A stretch of DNA of 42,357 nt from a virus. Its lineage: Duplodnaviria > Caudoviricetes. Positions 1-9,835 of the stretch are shown in pieces. Below the pieces are notes generated by a model that saw only the letters and a list, made by a program, of their open reading frames with translations, was not told where the DNA came from and did not search any database. A program made the translations under genes and the position numbers. The stretch is from positions 1-42,357 of IMG/VR virus record IMGVR_UViG_3300020414_000780; one strand, given 5' to 3'. Position 1 is the first letter of the stretch. Each line of letters begins with the position of its first letter.

Positions 1-219
1 AAGCGTATGAACGCTGTGCTGAACCCCAGTGCTACCAGTCGTCGTGTTGATCCTGACACCTTTGATGAGCAGGAAGAGGTTGTGATGAAGTCACGCCAAC
101 AACAGCGTGAAGAGGAGCGTGTGGTTGACAAGGGTTTCAATGCACCCGACATCACTCCTAGCAACTCCAGTGATGATGACGATGCACTGTCATACTTCCA
201 AAGACTTGCTGAAGAGTGA
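1..219 (+). CDS. gp32: ssDNA-binding protein gp32, C-terminal fragment (5' truncated)
   Basis: Acidic tail ending DDDDALSYFQRLAEE is typical of cyanomyophage gp32; frame open from position 1; synteny with gp53/gp48. Confidence 0.9.
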   Translation, partial: KRMNAVLNPSATSRRVDPDTFDEQEEVVMKSRQQQREEERVVDKGFNAPDITPSNSSDDDDALSYFQRLAEE

Positions 220-242
220 GCAAAATCGACTTTTAGTTTCAT

Positions 243-274
243 AAATTGCCGGAAAAAAATCCCGGCAATTTTTT
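243..274. terminator. Intrinsic terminator between convergent gp32 and gp53, probably bidirectional
   Basis: Perfect 10-bp inverted repeat AAATTGCCGG (243-252) / CCGGCAATTT (262-271) followed by a T run. Confidence 0.8.
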
Positions 275-284
275 CCTACAGGGG

Positions 285-950
285 TCAACGAGGGGACAAA
301 ATCCTCAAGTTGACTCCTTTTTTAGTGCGTTTATCGATAAACTGAGAACTATCGGTATATGTCATGATTTCTCGCAAATCGTCTATAACCGTTTGTAGGT
401 ATTCTTTCCTTAAAACAAAAATCGTGCGTTTTTTGTCATTTAGAGCAATTTCGTAATCTAGGTTAGATACCGATTTTACCAAACCAGCACCTGCAAGCGA
501 AATTCGGATATTATCGTAAGTATACGAAAATGCGAAGTTTTCATCAACTATCATCCCACCAGTCAAAAGTAGATCTCCACCAGGATCTCTGATTTCGCGA
601 GTTTCCCAATGATGCACTTCTGTCAGTTCTTTCTCAGTATACTTAGCAGAGAGATATTCATAAAAATCTCCCTGTGTAACAGGCCATTCATTTCGAACAT
701 CTAGAATATTATTAGATAATAGGATTACCCAGTCTAAATCTGCCCTTCCATACATTTTTTCAGCAACGGTATCTGGTCTATCATCACCTACAATCGTAAA
801 CTGACCAAAAGTAAGAGCATTACGAAATAGATCTTCCCGAATCTTAGCACGACGGAAGATATTTTTGACTTTTACGTAATCGGTGCTGGAAGTACGACTG
901 TCGGTAAACGACTGGAGCAGTAGATCTGAAAACTGGTCGAAGTATGCCAT
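285..950 (-). CDS. gp53: Baseplate wedge subunit gp53
   Basis: MAYF start, KNIFRR, RPDTVAEKMYG...DWVILLSNNI...EWP LysM-like gp53 motifs. Confidence 0.9.
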   Translation of the reverse strand: MAYFDQFSDLLLQSFTDSRTSSTDYVKVKNIFRRAKIREDLFRNALTFGQFTIVGDDRPDTVAEKMYGRADLDWVILLSNNILDVRNEWPVTQGDFYEYLSAKYTEKELTEVHHWETREIRDPGGDLLLTGGMIVDENFAFSYTYDNIRISLAGAGLVKSVSNLDYEIALNDKKRTIFVLRKEYLQTVIDDLREIMTYTDSSQFIDKRTKKGVNLRILSPR

Positions 951-2437
951 TAGAATCCGATGTCTTCGCTGTTTAGAGGTTCTATACCTTTGACTGGGCT
1001 ACCAAAATCTTGGAACATATCTTGGAGTGATGGATCCTTACCATCATCCGCATCATAATCTTGAGCAAAGATTGGTGTTAACTCCGTAAAATTGAGTGTC
1101 ATTGATGACAAAACGGGTTGAGATCCTGCCTTCGAATCTTTATATGACTGATACTCCCCTTGTGGAGCAAAGTTAACCGTGCACTCGGTTAATGCACAAA
1201 TTTTGAATATATTTAGACCACGAATGCGTTCATTTCCAGTTCTATAACGAATCCGGAACACATCAGGAGAACCGAGGAAGATTAGATCGTTATTTTCTCC
1301 TCTTCTTGGCATCATTCCACGTCTGAAAAATCTCATGATTCTTCTAACTTCTGTTGCTTCTGCTTCACCATTTGGAGCAAACTCAAAGTTAAACTCAAAA
1401 TCTCTTAGTTTAGGACCATTGAATAGAAGTTCTAAGTTTGGGTTGATTGCATTACCAGATGCACGAGCAATAAACTGGTTAGGATCAACGTTAATGCCAA
1501 TTTTACCTAGACCATATTTTGCAGCAAGTGCTGTTAATAGTGTTCCTGTTCCACCAGTTGTACCTGTCGTACCAAGGATACTAGCAGCACCGCTAAGTAG
1601 ATCGTTCGCCAGTTCCTTTGTTGCACCGAAAAAGTTACCCTGTAGAAGCGGTTGTGCCGCATTGGTTGCAGTGTTAAAGGCAGCAGCAGTAAAAGCGTTC
1701 GCACTATCTGCACCCCAGTTCACTCCGTTTGTGAAGGCGAGCTGATTTGGGATTGGTAGTTTTACTAGTCCACGAAACTCTGAGATATTATTATTCCTTC
1801 GAAGACCGTTAATTAGAAATCCTGAAGAAACATTACTACCACGACCAGTTGCTGATCCAAACATGTTCTCTTGTGGAGGACTATAACTAAACATCTCAAT
1901 GATCATATGATCTTGAGAAAACTGGGGTTGATTGTAGGCATCAATCGGATATTTTAACGCTTTTGCTTTATCAAAATCCGGTAGTGCAGGCGCTGAACTG
2001 ATAACTCGTTTTGGATCAAATCCTCCCAAAGCCATCGTGGCAATTGGTTCTCTCTTCTGAGTTGCAAGCGGAGCAGGTGGAGTAAAGTTCGGAGCTTGTG
2101 GAGTTCCGGGAATATAAGGTACAGTTGCAGTCCAAACTGCACCTTGACCAGATTGATTAGCGTACTGGTTTGCTTCGGTTGCTAGTCCTAGGCTGTTGAC
2201 TTGTGCCTTTAACATTGATAGACTTATCTGAAAATCCTGTAGGTAACCACTGGATTTTGCAAGTTCTTTAAACTTGGCATCGCTAGGTTCAAAGACATTA
2301 GCGGGCGTGCTATCGTCGAAGATGGCAAATGGTCTTAAAAAGTCTTTAGTGGTAAGACGATAGAATCCACTATACTTTCTTCCCCTATATTCAAACTGAA
2401 ACTTTTGATAGGGTCTATTTTGAATGAAAGTGTTCAT
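950..2437 (-). CDS. gp48: Baseplate tail-tube cap gp48
   Basis: LKYP, LPIP, INPNLELLFNGPKLRDFEFNFEFAP, CALT, LNFTELTPI motifs; synteny. Confidence 0.85.
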   Translation of the reverse strand: MNTFIQNRPYQKFQFEYRGRKYSGFYRLTTKDFLRPFAIFDDSTPANVFEPSDAKFKELAKSSGYLQDFQISLSMLKAQVNSLGLATEANQYANQSGQGAVWTATVPYIPGTPQAPNFTPPAPLATQKREPIATMALGGFDPKRVISSAPALPDFDKAKALKYPIDAYNQPQFSQDHMIIEMFSYSPPQENMFGSATGRGSNVSSGFLINGLRRNNNISEFRGLVKLPIPNQLAFTNGVNWGADSANAFTAAAFNTATNAAQPLLQGNFFGATKELANDLLSGAASILGTTGTTGGTGTLLTALAAKYGLGKIGINVDPNQFIARASGNAINPNLELLFNGPKLRDFEFNFEFAPNGEAEATEVRRIMRFFRRGMMPRRGENNDLIFLGSPDVFRIRYRTGNERIRGLNIFKICALTECTVNFAPQGEYQSYKDSKAGSQPVLSSMTLNFTELTPIFAQDYDADDGKDPSLQDMFQDFGSPVKGIEPLNSEDIGF

Positions 2438-2832
2438 TTGTAGATGCTCCTACCACTGATGGAGATTTCTGCACCCCCTAGATTTCTTACAAACTCTTCA
2501 GCGGGCAGCAGTGCCGCTTTTTCCCATTCTGATGCTGCCACGTCTAAAAACAAACTTCTAACATTAGATTTCAAGTATTTATGGAACCCCGCCGACCCGA
2601 AGAGGAACCCTTTGTAATCTCCGACTCCGGACTCCTTGATCTCCCGGATATACTCTATGATTCCTACGCGATCCTTTGGTTTATAGTAATGTATATTGGT
2701 ACCGAAGAAGACCTCGTTCTCTTCGAGAACCATGACGACTAAAGGAGATTTGTCGTAATATGGAAGTTCTTGAGCAGTTTTTGCTTCGTATCTAAACATC
2801 ATAAGATTACCGACTGTGATGTCGGATGTCAT
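2434..2832 (-). CDS. gp2: DNA end protector gp2-like protein (start likely ATG at 2832, not 2970)
   Basis: MFRYEAKT..LPYYDKSPLV, GTNIHY, HKYL, EWEKAALLPAEEF motifs; directly downstream of gp4. Confidence 0.75.
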   Translation of the reverse strand: MTSDITVGNLMMFRYEAKTAQELPYYDKSPLVVMVLEENEVFFGTNIHYYKPKDRVGIIEYIREIKESGVGDYKGFLFGSAGFHKYLKSNVRSLFLDVAASEWEKAALLPAEEFVRNLGGAEISISGRSIYK

Positions 2833-2854
2833 CTCTGATTCTGGTAGTTGGGAT

Positions 2855-3289
2855 TTAAATTCCAAGTTCTTTTTCGGTGAAGATTTGAAACTCCCATAAT
2901 CTATCTTCGCAGTAGTCTTTTGCTGCTTTCCACTTTGCCTGGTTCTTGGCGTATTCGTAGACCTCAGCAACGTATTGCTTAGTCCGTGTTTTCTGTTTTC
3001 GTGGTTCTTTTACTTGTTTCGCCGGTTTGATTTCTATCAAACTTTCTTTCACTTTCCCACTTCTATCAGCATATTTGATGTAAAAATCTGGGAAATATCT
3101 ATGGTACTTATTATCTATGGGAGACTTATACGGTATGACAATCTCTTCAGATGACCACTTTAGAATACGTTCATTCAAGTCACAATATCTCATAAACTTA
3201 AGTTCCCATAGAGATCGATAAACAATGCCCGTAGGATCACCTTTGTATTTTTGGGGGTGAGACGGTTTAAACTTCCCCTTGTATGACAT
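2855..3289 (-). CDS. gp4: Head completion nuclease-fold protein gp4
   Basis: MSYKGKFKP..P.KYKGDPT.IVYRSLWE, WSSEE, HRYFPDF, IEIKP, NQAKW motifs. Confidence 0.92.
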   Translation of the reverse strand: MSYKGKFKPSHPQKYKGDPTGIVYRSLWELKFMRYCDLNERILKWSSEEIVIPYKSPIDNKYHRYFPDFYIKYADRSGKVKESLIEIKPAKQVKEPRKQKTRTKQYVAEVYEYAKNQAKWKAAKDYCEDRLWEFQIFTEKELGI

Positions 3290-3297
3290 ACATAGTA

Positions 3298-3305
3298 TAT
3301 AAATA
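3298..3305 (+). promoter_or_regulatory. T4-type late promoter TATAAATA
   Basis: Exact consensus 12 nt before ATG at 3318; a TCTAAATA variant on the minus strand at 3311-3318 could serve gp4. Confidence 0.8.
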
Positions 3306-3317
3306 TCGACTATTTAG

Positions 3318-4103
3318 ATGTCAGCGGAGAACAACGTCCCAAACATCATGAACTCTGGTAGATATAGACTACCCACGGAGGTTCTGCTTAGCGGCGGGAC
3401 TGAAGGTGGTATTGGAAATATCATTCCAGCGTATACTAATACGTATGATGTTTATGTTAAGTTTAATACCGCTAATGGAAAGTTAGTGGAGCATATTAAA
3501 AAGCAAGGATTCGAGAGTGGTGGAGATATTGGGTCGTATCTTTCGCTATTTTGTAGTGAGGCAGTATTGCCAGGATCCTCTATTGAAACACAGGAGATTT
3601 CTGGTCTCCGTCAAGGTGTAAAGACTTCATATGCAACATACAGAGCACATCCACAGATCAATCTGACATACTATACTCAAAAAGATTACTATACTAATGC
3701 AGTATTTGATGGTTGGATGGATTTCATCTCACCAGTAAACTTTAGTAATAAAACTACGGTGGGCAATAGTATTGATGACGGTAATGCATATATTACCTCA
3801 TCGCTCAATGATGCTGCAGCATATCGTAGAATGAGATACCCTGAGGAGTATAAGTGTGAGATGCAGGTTTCTGTTTTTCCTAACGAATACTTGAATAGGG
3901 GAGATCGACTTAAGGAGATTAGTATTAATGCTGCGGAGTCTTCTACTCCATCTACGATGACATATTTTATCAAGAATGCTTTCCCGACGAATATCGTGTC
4001 TGCACCGCTTGAATATGGAGATGCGGCACTGTTAAAAACAACAGTTACCTTCGCCTATGACTTCTATGTTACTCGAAGATATAAGGCTCAGACTAACCTA
4101 TAA
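3318..4103 (+). CDS. Tail-tube-like baseplate protein (gp19/gp54 family)
   Basis: CSEAVLPG, FDGWMDFI, YPEEYK, NAFPTNI..L.YG, VTFAYD tube-fold motifs; position before gp26. Confidence 0.7.
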   Translation: MSAENNVPNIMNSGRYRLPTEVLLSGGTEGGIGNIIPAYTNTYDVYVKFNTANGKLVEHIKKQGFESGGDIGSYLSLFCSEAVLPGSSIETQEISGLRQGVKTSYATYRAHPQINLTYYTQKDYYTNAVFDGWMDFISPVNFSNKTTVGNSIDDGNAYITSSLNDAAAYRRMRYPEEYKCEMQVSVFPNEYLNRGDRLKEISINAAESSTPSTMTYFIKNAFPTNIVSAPLEYGDAALLKTTVTFAYDFYVTRRYKAQTNL

Positions 4104-4106
4104 ATA
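4099..4106 (+). promoter_or_regulatory. Late promoter TATAAATA
   Basis: Exact consensus upstream of gp26. Confidence 0.8.
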
Positions 4107-4126
4107 TATCACTGACGTTAAATATT

Positions 4127-4855
4127 ATGCCACTACCAAAGGTTTCTACACCTTCATATGAGTTGAAACTCTTGTCTACAGGCAAGAATATTAAGTACAG
4201 ACCATTTCTCGTTAAGGAAGAAAAAGTTCTTCTGATTGCTCTAGAAAGTGGTGATAAAAAGCAGATTAACTCTGCGATTAAAGATGTACTTAAGTCATGC
4301 ATTTTATCTCGTGGTGTCAAGGTTGATGAACTTCCTACGTTCGAACTAGAGTATCTTTTCCTGAACATCCGAGGAAAATCTGTTGGCGAATCTGTAGAAC
4401 TTATTGCAGTTTGTCAGGATGATGGTGAAACTCAAGTTCCTATTAAGATCAACATTTCTGATGTTGAGTTGATCATCCCAGAAGGTCATACTGATACCAT
4501 TGATCTTGGTGAAGGACTGTTCATTCAGTTCAAATATCCATCAATGCAGCAGTTTATCGATAATAACTTTGCAATCTCTAAAGAGACTGATAAAGAAGTA
4601 ATCGATCAAGCATTTAAATCTGTTGTTGCATGTATCGATCAGATCTATACTAAAGACGAGTCCTGGTCTGCAAGTGATTGTACCGATAAAGAGTTGACTT
4701 CTTTTATCGAGCAACTAAACTCAGCACAGTTTAAGGAAGTTGAAAACTTCTTTGCAACAATGCCTAAACTGTCTTATACAACTAGCATTACTAACCCTAA
4801 TACTGGGGTTGAATCTGTGATTGTTGTTGAGGGTTTGTCTAGTTTTTTCGCGTAA
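4127..4855 (+). CDS. gp26: Baseplate hub subunit gp26
   Basis: MPLPK..TP.YEL, YRPFLVKEEK.LL.A, EYLFLNIRGKSVGE, FF.TMPKL. Confidence 0.92.
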   Translation: MPLPKVSTPSYELKLLSTGKNIKYRPFLVKEEKVLLIALESGDKKQINSAIKDVLKSCILSRGVKVDELPTFELEYLFLNIRGKSVGESVELIAVCQDDGETQVPIKINISDVELIIPEGHTDTIDLGEGLFIQFKYPSMQQFIDNNFAISKETDKEVIDQAFKSVVACIDQIYTKDESWSASDCTDKELTSFIEQLNSAQFKEVENFFATMPKLSYTTSITNPNTGVESVIVVEGLSSFFA

Positions 4856-5037
4856 TGCTATATCATAATAGTCTTGATGAATACTTCGAGACTAACTTTG
4901 CTCTCCTACAGTATCATAACTGGAGTTTGACAGAGATTGAAAATCTCATGCCCTGGGAGCGGCAGATTTACATTAACTATCTTATGAACTACCTTGAGAA
5001 ACAACGTCTGGAAGTAGCGCAAGCACAAAATGCCTAG
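4855..5037 (+). CDS. gp51: Baseplate hub assembly catalyst gp51
   Basis: YFETNFALLQYHNWSLTEIENLMPWERQIY motif. Confidence 0.9.
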   Translation: MLYHNSLDEYFETNFALLQYHNWSLTEIENLMPWERQIYINYLMNYLEKQRLEVAQAQNA

Positions 5038-6712
5038 GATTACTGGGGATGTAATTCCAAAATCTAAACTGTTTCCGATGGCGGATCCTGAACGCCAGGA
5101 ACGTGCTATTCTTCCTCTTCGTAAGAGGATGTCGCTTGCTGCAGAAAAGTTAGAAGGTATAAAGAAGAAAGAGTCAGAAGAAGTATCTCCTAAGACGATC
5201 CGTGAGATTGGTAGGGTCGTCTTAGAGATGGAGAAAGTTAATGGCAATCTAGAAGCAATCGAAAAAAGAGTTGCCCTAGACATTAAAGCTAAGAAAGAAC
5301 TATTTGATAAGGAAAAGAAACTTATCAAGGATGAAGAGGAAGAAGTTAAGAATCTCCGTGTAGGATTGTTTGATTTAAGATCTAAAATTGCCCTGATTGC
5401 AGGAGCAGCAGCATTTAAATCCTTCAGTGAAGGTAAGGTTGGGCAAGGATTCCAAAACCTGGGTGTTGCTGGTTTGTCGATGGCACCAGAGATTCTGGAA
5501 AAGGGTGCTGGTTTTGGGTTGGGCGCATTGGGATTACGTGGTATAATGGGGGGTGCAAAACAAAACGTTGGTGCAAATCCCACACCATTGACAGGGACCA
5601 CCAACAATATTGGGAGATCCAAAATGAAATTGCCGCGACTTCGTGGTAGAGCTGGTGTCGCTTTAGGTGCGACTGCATTGCTTGGGGGACTTGCCCTAGG
5701 TGGTGCTCCTGCTGATGCAGCAGAAGACAGACTAACAGAACTAACAAGAAGAGAAACAGGTCAATCACTTATTGCAGAACCAGATGTTGAACGATTTAAT
5801 GGATTGATTGACAAGTTCAGTGCAATCCTTGATCGATTCATTCCGATCAATAAGAAAGAAAGTGCAGATAAACTCAACGACGAGAATGCTGATTTAACAG
5901 GGAGACAGATAGGTACTCCTTATCAGATTTCTCAAAGCACTCCACAAGTTCCGTTTGTAGACGAAAAAACATCACTAGAAGAACTTGGCATCACTCAGGA
6001 ACAATACAATGCACTAAAACAAGGTGTTGCTGATGTTGAAGGTGCTCGATACAACCAGATGGGTGGATCTAGCATGGCTTTTGCTGGTCGATATCAAATG
6101 GGACGACCAGAGATTGACTCAGCATCTAGGATTATTGGCATAACTCCTCCTACAACTCAAGAGTATCTCAACAATCCAGAGTTGCAAGAAAGGATCTACA
6201 TGGGTAGAACTTTATACATGCATCGTCAGATGTTGAAGTTGTCTCCAAAATATCGTCAAATGGGTCCTGTCGAGCGTGTTAAGATGCTTGGTGCCGGACA
6301 ACTCGGTGAAGGTAATCTTCAAAGACTCATTGAAAGAGGAGAAGTATTCCGTGATGGATTTAATACTCCAATCACTAAGTTCTCAGATGCTGTTGAAAGA
6401 AGACTAAATCAGATTGATAAGGTTGATCTGGGTGATAGAGGTAGTGTTGGTGATCCTCTTTCGAGTGCCGTCGCAATGCGTCCAGTCGAGACTCCATTAA
6501 ATAATCTTCAGAATATTGTGGATTCTTTTGATAATGCCATGGATGGTCAAGCAACTGGATCTGGTGATCCTATTGTATTGCAACTTCCTGGGCAAACTAA
6601 AGTTGTGAGCCCAAAGAAAGCTGGTCCACGTTCACCTGATATCGTTGCTTCTTCGAAATTTAGTGGTAGTTTTGATCATTTTACCTCTAACGCTATCCTG
6701 GGTGTAGGATGA
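5030..6712 (+). CDS. Tape-measure/hub-like virion protein with a lysozyme-like domain
   Basis: Coiled-coil N-terminus, Gly/Ala-rich hydrophobic segments, then VEGARYN...AGRYQM...QE lysozyme-like signature. Confidence 0.55.
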   Translation: MPRITGDVIPKSKLFPMADPERQERAILPLRKRMSLAAEKLEGIKKKESEEVSPKTIREIGRVVLEMEKVNGNLEAIEKRVALDIKAKKELFDKEKKLIKDEEEEVKNLRVGLFDLRSKIALIAGAAAFKSFSEGKVGQGFQNLGVAGLSMAPEILEKGAGFGLGALGLRGIMGGAKQNVGANPTPLTGTTNNIGRSKMKLPRLRGRAGVALGATALLGGLALGGAPADAAEDRLTELTRRETGQSLIAEPDVERFNGLIDKFSAILDRFIPINKKESADKLNDENADLTGRQIGTPYQISQSTPQVPFVDEKTSLEELGITQEQYNALKQGVADVEGARYNQMGGSSMAFAGRYQMGRPEIDSASRIIGITPPTTQEYLNNPELQERIYMGRTLYMHRQMLKLSPKYRQMGPVERVKMLGAGQLGEGNLQRLIERGEVFRDGFNTPITKFSDAVERRLNQIDKVDLGDRGSVGDPLSSAVAMRPVETPLNNLQNIVDSFDNAMDGQATGSGDPIVLQLPGQTKVVSPKKAGPRSPDIVASSKFSGSFDHFTSNAILGVG

Positions 6713-8361
6713 ACTTTAACAAGATCCTAAAAGTAAGCACAAAGATTCAAACTAAGTCTCTTAGTGTCAGTAAACTGTTTGGCACTTCGGCAGATGTGGA
6801 GTCTGCTGCTTCTAGACGGATCTTGGTCCTCAAGAAAAAGTTACTAGAGGAGAAAAAACTTACATATAAGTCACTCCTACAATCCTTACAGAAGAAAGAA
6901 GATAAGGATAATGGAATCTTTCAAGGTGTACTGGGTGCCCTTGGGTTAGGTGGTCTTGCAAGGGGTCTGCGTGGTCTTAAACCACCAAAGGGTTCAGCAC
7001 CTCCTGTAGTGCGTCCTACAAGGGGTCTAGGACGCCTTGGACGCCTTGGACGCTTTGGTGGACGAATCAGAGGAGGAGCAGGACCGCTGCAACTGCTGTT
7101 TGCTGGTCTGGACTATGCTGGGCGTCGTGGAGAAGGTCAGACGCAAACACAGGCGATTTCAGGCACTGCTGCGGGCACTGCTGGAGCAATCGCGGGTGGT
7201 GTCATCGGTCAGGCGCTAATACCGATCCCTGGTGTAGGATTCGTTGCCGGTAGTTTGCTGGGTGGTATGCTCGGCGGCGCTATATCAGATAAAGTAACTG
7301 GTGTAGATGAAAGAAGAAAAGAAGAAGAGCGTAGAGTTATAGTTGGTGCTCCAACATTATTCTCAGGATCTTTAGATAAGTTTGATCGTGTCATCAATAA
7401 GTTTGCCGCATATGTAAACGGTCTTTCTGAGGCATGTGGTTGTGATGAAATAGAAGAAGAACTTGACATTGATGATGCTAGCACAGGAGGTATAAGACCA
7501 ACTACACCAAGAACTGGATTTCTTGATGGTGTCTTAAGAAGATTTGCCTTGGATGATGAAGGTATGGTAAACCTTTATGAGAGATATTATGAACAACCAG
7601 ATGCGACAGATAAACTACTTGAAAATTTTAATATCGATCCAACGTTCCGTCCACTAATCGAAGCTATAATCCAGGGCGTTGCCATGGGTATTGGGCGTGG
7701 TAAAGGCATGAGACCGCCTATTGTGAAACCACCATTGGCAAGACCTGGTAGTCCTGTCATTATTACACCACCACCAAAAGTCACAACTCCTAAAACTCCT
7801 GTTACACCAAGACCCACTAACCCTATACAAAAGAAACTACCACAAAGACGAGTAGAAATAGACAAAACATTCCAACAAAACACTCCTAGGGATCTTCGTG
7901 GTTCTGACGATGCTGCAAGAAGAGCACAGCAGGATGCTATGCGAGACATGAAAAATCTTGACGCGAAAAATACAGAGTTTGTTCGTGACCTGATGGGTAG
8001 AAGACCAACAGGTGGTGTGAAACCAGAACAAGGTCCACAACAGCGACCCGAGGTTACTAAGTTTAACGATGGTAATGTTCTTTCAAATGAACCTTTAAGA
8101 GGAGTTGAAGGTAGATTGAGGCAAGAATATCCTGGTCAAAATATTCAGGATTTGTTGAATCCTAAGAGACCGTCACTAAAACAACAAATCAAAAACGTGA
8201 AAAAGTATGGTGATCAGTCTTCAATCCTGTTTGACAGTAACAATACTATCATTAACGGTGGTGGACCTACTGGTGGTGATAGCATTGCATTTGTCAATAT
8301 TGATCCCTCTGAGGTTGCTGATAAATACACCCAAATGCTTCAGGCGTCTAGGTTCGGTTAA
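6709..8361 (+). CDS. Tape-measure-like (gp29-like) virion protein
   Basis: GTAAGTAGAIAGGVIGQALIPIPGVG glycine-zipper segment typical of these cyanophage proteins; position between gp51 and hub gene. Confidence 0.5.
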   Translation: MNFNKILKVSTKIQTKSLSVSKLFGTSADVESAASRRILVLKKKLLEEKKLTYKSLLQSLQKKEDKDNGIFQGVLGALGLGGLARGLRGLKPPKGSAPPVVRPTRGLGRLGRLGRFGGRIRGGAGPLQLLFAGLDYAGRRGEGQTQTQAISGTAAGTAGAIAGGVIGQALIPIPGVGFVAGSLLGGMLGGAISDKVTGVDERRKEEERRVIVGAPTLFSGSLDKFDRVINKFAAYVNGLSEACGCDEIEEELDIDDASTGGIRPTTPRTGFLDGVLRRFALDDEGMVNLYERYYEQPDATDKLLENFNIDPTFRPLIEAIIQGVAMGIGRGKGMRPPIVKPPLARPGSPVIITPPPKVTTPKTPVTPRPTNPIQKKLPQRRVEIDKTFQQNTPRDLRGSDDAARRAQQDAMRDMKNLDAKNTEFVRDLMGRRPTGGVKPEQGPQQRPEVTKFNDGNVLSNEPLRGVEGRLRQEYPGQNIQDLLNPKRPSLKQQIKNVKKYGDQSSILFDSNNTIINGGGPTGGDSIAFVNIDPSEVADKYTQMLQASRFG

Positions 8362-9611
8362 TGTCGCAAAATCTAGCTGGACATAAGATTACTCGTCTGG
8401 TTGTAGAGTCACCTGATGGGGAACGTAGACAATCTCTTGCACCACAATCCGGTCTCATTGCTTTCTATGAGAACGTAACAGATTCTAGTGTCCACTTAGA
8501 AGTTGACATTCAGGATACCTATGGATTCCTTAATCAACTACCAATCAGGGCAGGATCGAAGTTATACATTACTATTACCCATCCAAGTGGTGAGTTTAGG
8601 TACGAAGAGTTTCCACTAATCATTAGTGATATTAAAGGACAAGTAAACTCAGCAAAGCGAGAACAGTATACTCTAGTATGTGAGACTGCTGGAGCATTCG
8701 ATAACCATATGGTTAGAGTCTCTAGAAAATATAAAGGTAAGATCTCAAATAGTATCAAAAAGATTCTGAAGCAGGAACTCCTGGTTTCTGATGATCGAAT
8801 CGTTATGGTTGAGGACAGTGCCAATGAATATGATTTCATGGGCAACTACAGGAAACCACTATTCACTTGTACTTGGTTATGTTCTAAGGCTAGAACTGGT
8901 AGCAGTTCGTTAACAACTGGTAGTGCTGGATTCCTGTTTTATGAGACTATGGATGGATATAACTTTAGGGCAATCGATACCATTTTGTCTAACACTGAGG
9001 ATGTACCATTCTTCTACTATTCGCAGTCAACGGATGGTCTAGATCCTAGAAATAGTTTCCGTATGACTTCTCCGCCAGCATGGTCCTCAAGTCATGATTT
9101 GCTGAACAAGTTAAGGCGCGGAGCGTATAAGAGTGCTAACATGTACTTTGACATCAATACTCGTGGTGTTACGGAACATCTTTATGATTACCGTAAGACT
9201 GTAAAGGAGAACATGATCTCTATCTCTAATGATGAGGCAAATATCCCAGAGAATTATATTGATCGTCCATCCCGCAGAATGTTATCCATCCTTGATGCCG
9301 GATGTATTGCCGATAAAGGTGATTTAACATCACCACAAGATCAACCATTCTATCAATCACAAGCAGCAGCAAGGTATTCTTCTCTATTTTCACAGTCACT
9401 AGAGATCACTGTACCAATGAACCTAGCATTACGTGCTGGGCAAATGGTACAGTGCGAAGTTCCTAAGATAAATACACAAAAAGCAGATCTGGGCAAGAAT
9501 CCAAGTTCCGGATTCTACATGATTAGATCATTGTCCCACAAGTTTTCGGGTGCTGACGCTGATGTGACTGCTTTGAGCTTGGTTAGAGATTCCTACAGAG
9601 AGCTATCATGA
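8361..9611 (+). CDS. Baseplate hub protein (gp27-like)
   Basis: YEN, GFLFYETMDGYNFRAID, ITVPMNLALRAGQ, SGFYMIRSLSH motifs; upstream GATAAATA at 8320. Confidence 0.65.
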   Translation: MSQNLAGHKITRLVVESPDGERRQSLAPQSGLIAFYENVTDSSVHLEVDIQDTYGFLNQLPIRAGSKLYITITHPSGEFRYEEFPLIISDIKGQVNSAKREQYTLVCETAGAFDNHMVRVSRKYKGKISNSIKKILKQELLVSDDRIVMVEDSANEYDFMGNYRKPLFTCTWLCSKARTGSSSLTTGSAGFLFYETMDGYNFRAIDTILSNTEDVPFFYYSQSTDGLDPRNSFRMTSPPAWSSSHDLLNKLRRGAYKSANMYFDINTRGVTEHLYDYRKTVKENMISISNDEANIPENYIDRPSRRMLSILDAGCIADKGDLTSPQDQPFYQSQAAARYSSLFSQSLEITVPMNLALRAGQMVQCEVPKINTQKADLGKNPSSGFYMIRSLSHKFSGADADVTALSLVRDSYRELS

Positions 9612-9835
9612 AAGACATTGAAACTCACATTGAGAAGGATCGCGAGATCCTTGCAAACCCAATGACATCAGCGCAACAGCGCAGACACATTGAGGGGGAA
9701 CTAGAAGAGCTAGAAGCCTACGCAAAAAACCACGCAAAAGAAATCGCAGATGGTGATCATCACGATCCCACACCACTAGAACTATACTGCGACTCTAATC
9801 CCGACGCCGACGAGTGTCGTATCTATGAAGACTAA
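9608..9835 (+). CDS. cp12: CP12 Calvin-cycle inhibitor (auxiliary metabolic gene)
   Basis: C-terminal PTPLELYCDSNPDADECRIYED CP12 signature. Confidence 0.92.
   Translation: MKDIETHIEKDREILANPMTSAQQRRHIEGELEELEAYAKNHAKEIADGDHHDPTPLELYCDSNPDADECRIYED

Noticed and set aside
2855-3289. TnsA-like endonuclease suggesting a transposon
   Set aside because: This is the core T4-like gp4 in normal synteny; no TnsB/TnsC or terminal repeats
7030-7056. Three 9-bp tandem units (GGACGCCTT, GRL-GRL-GRF)
   Set aside because: Real but a short low-complexity coding repeat with no evidence of special function
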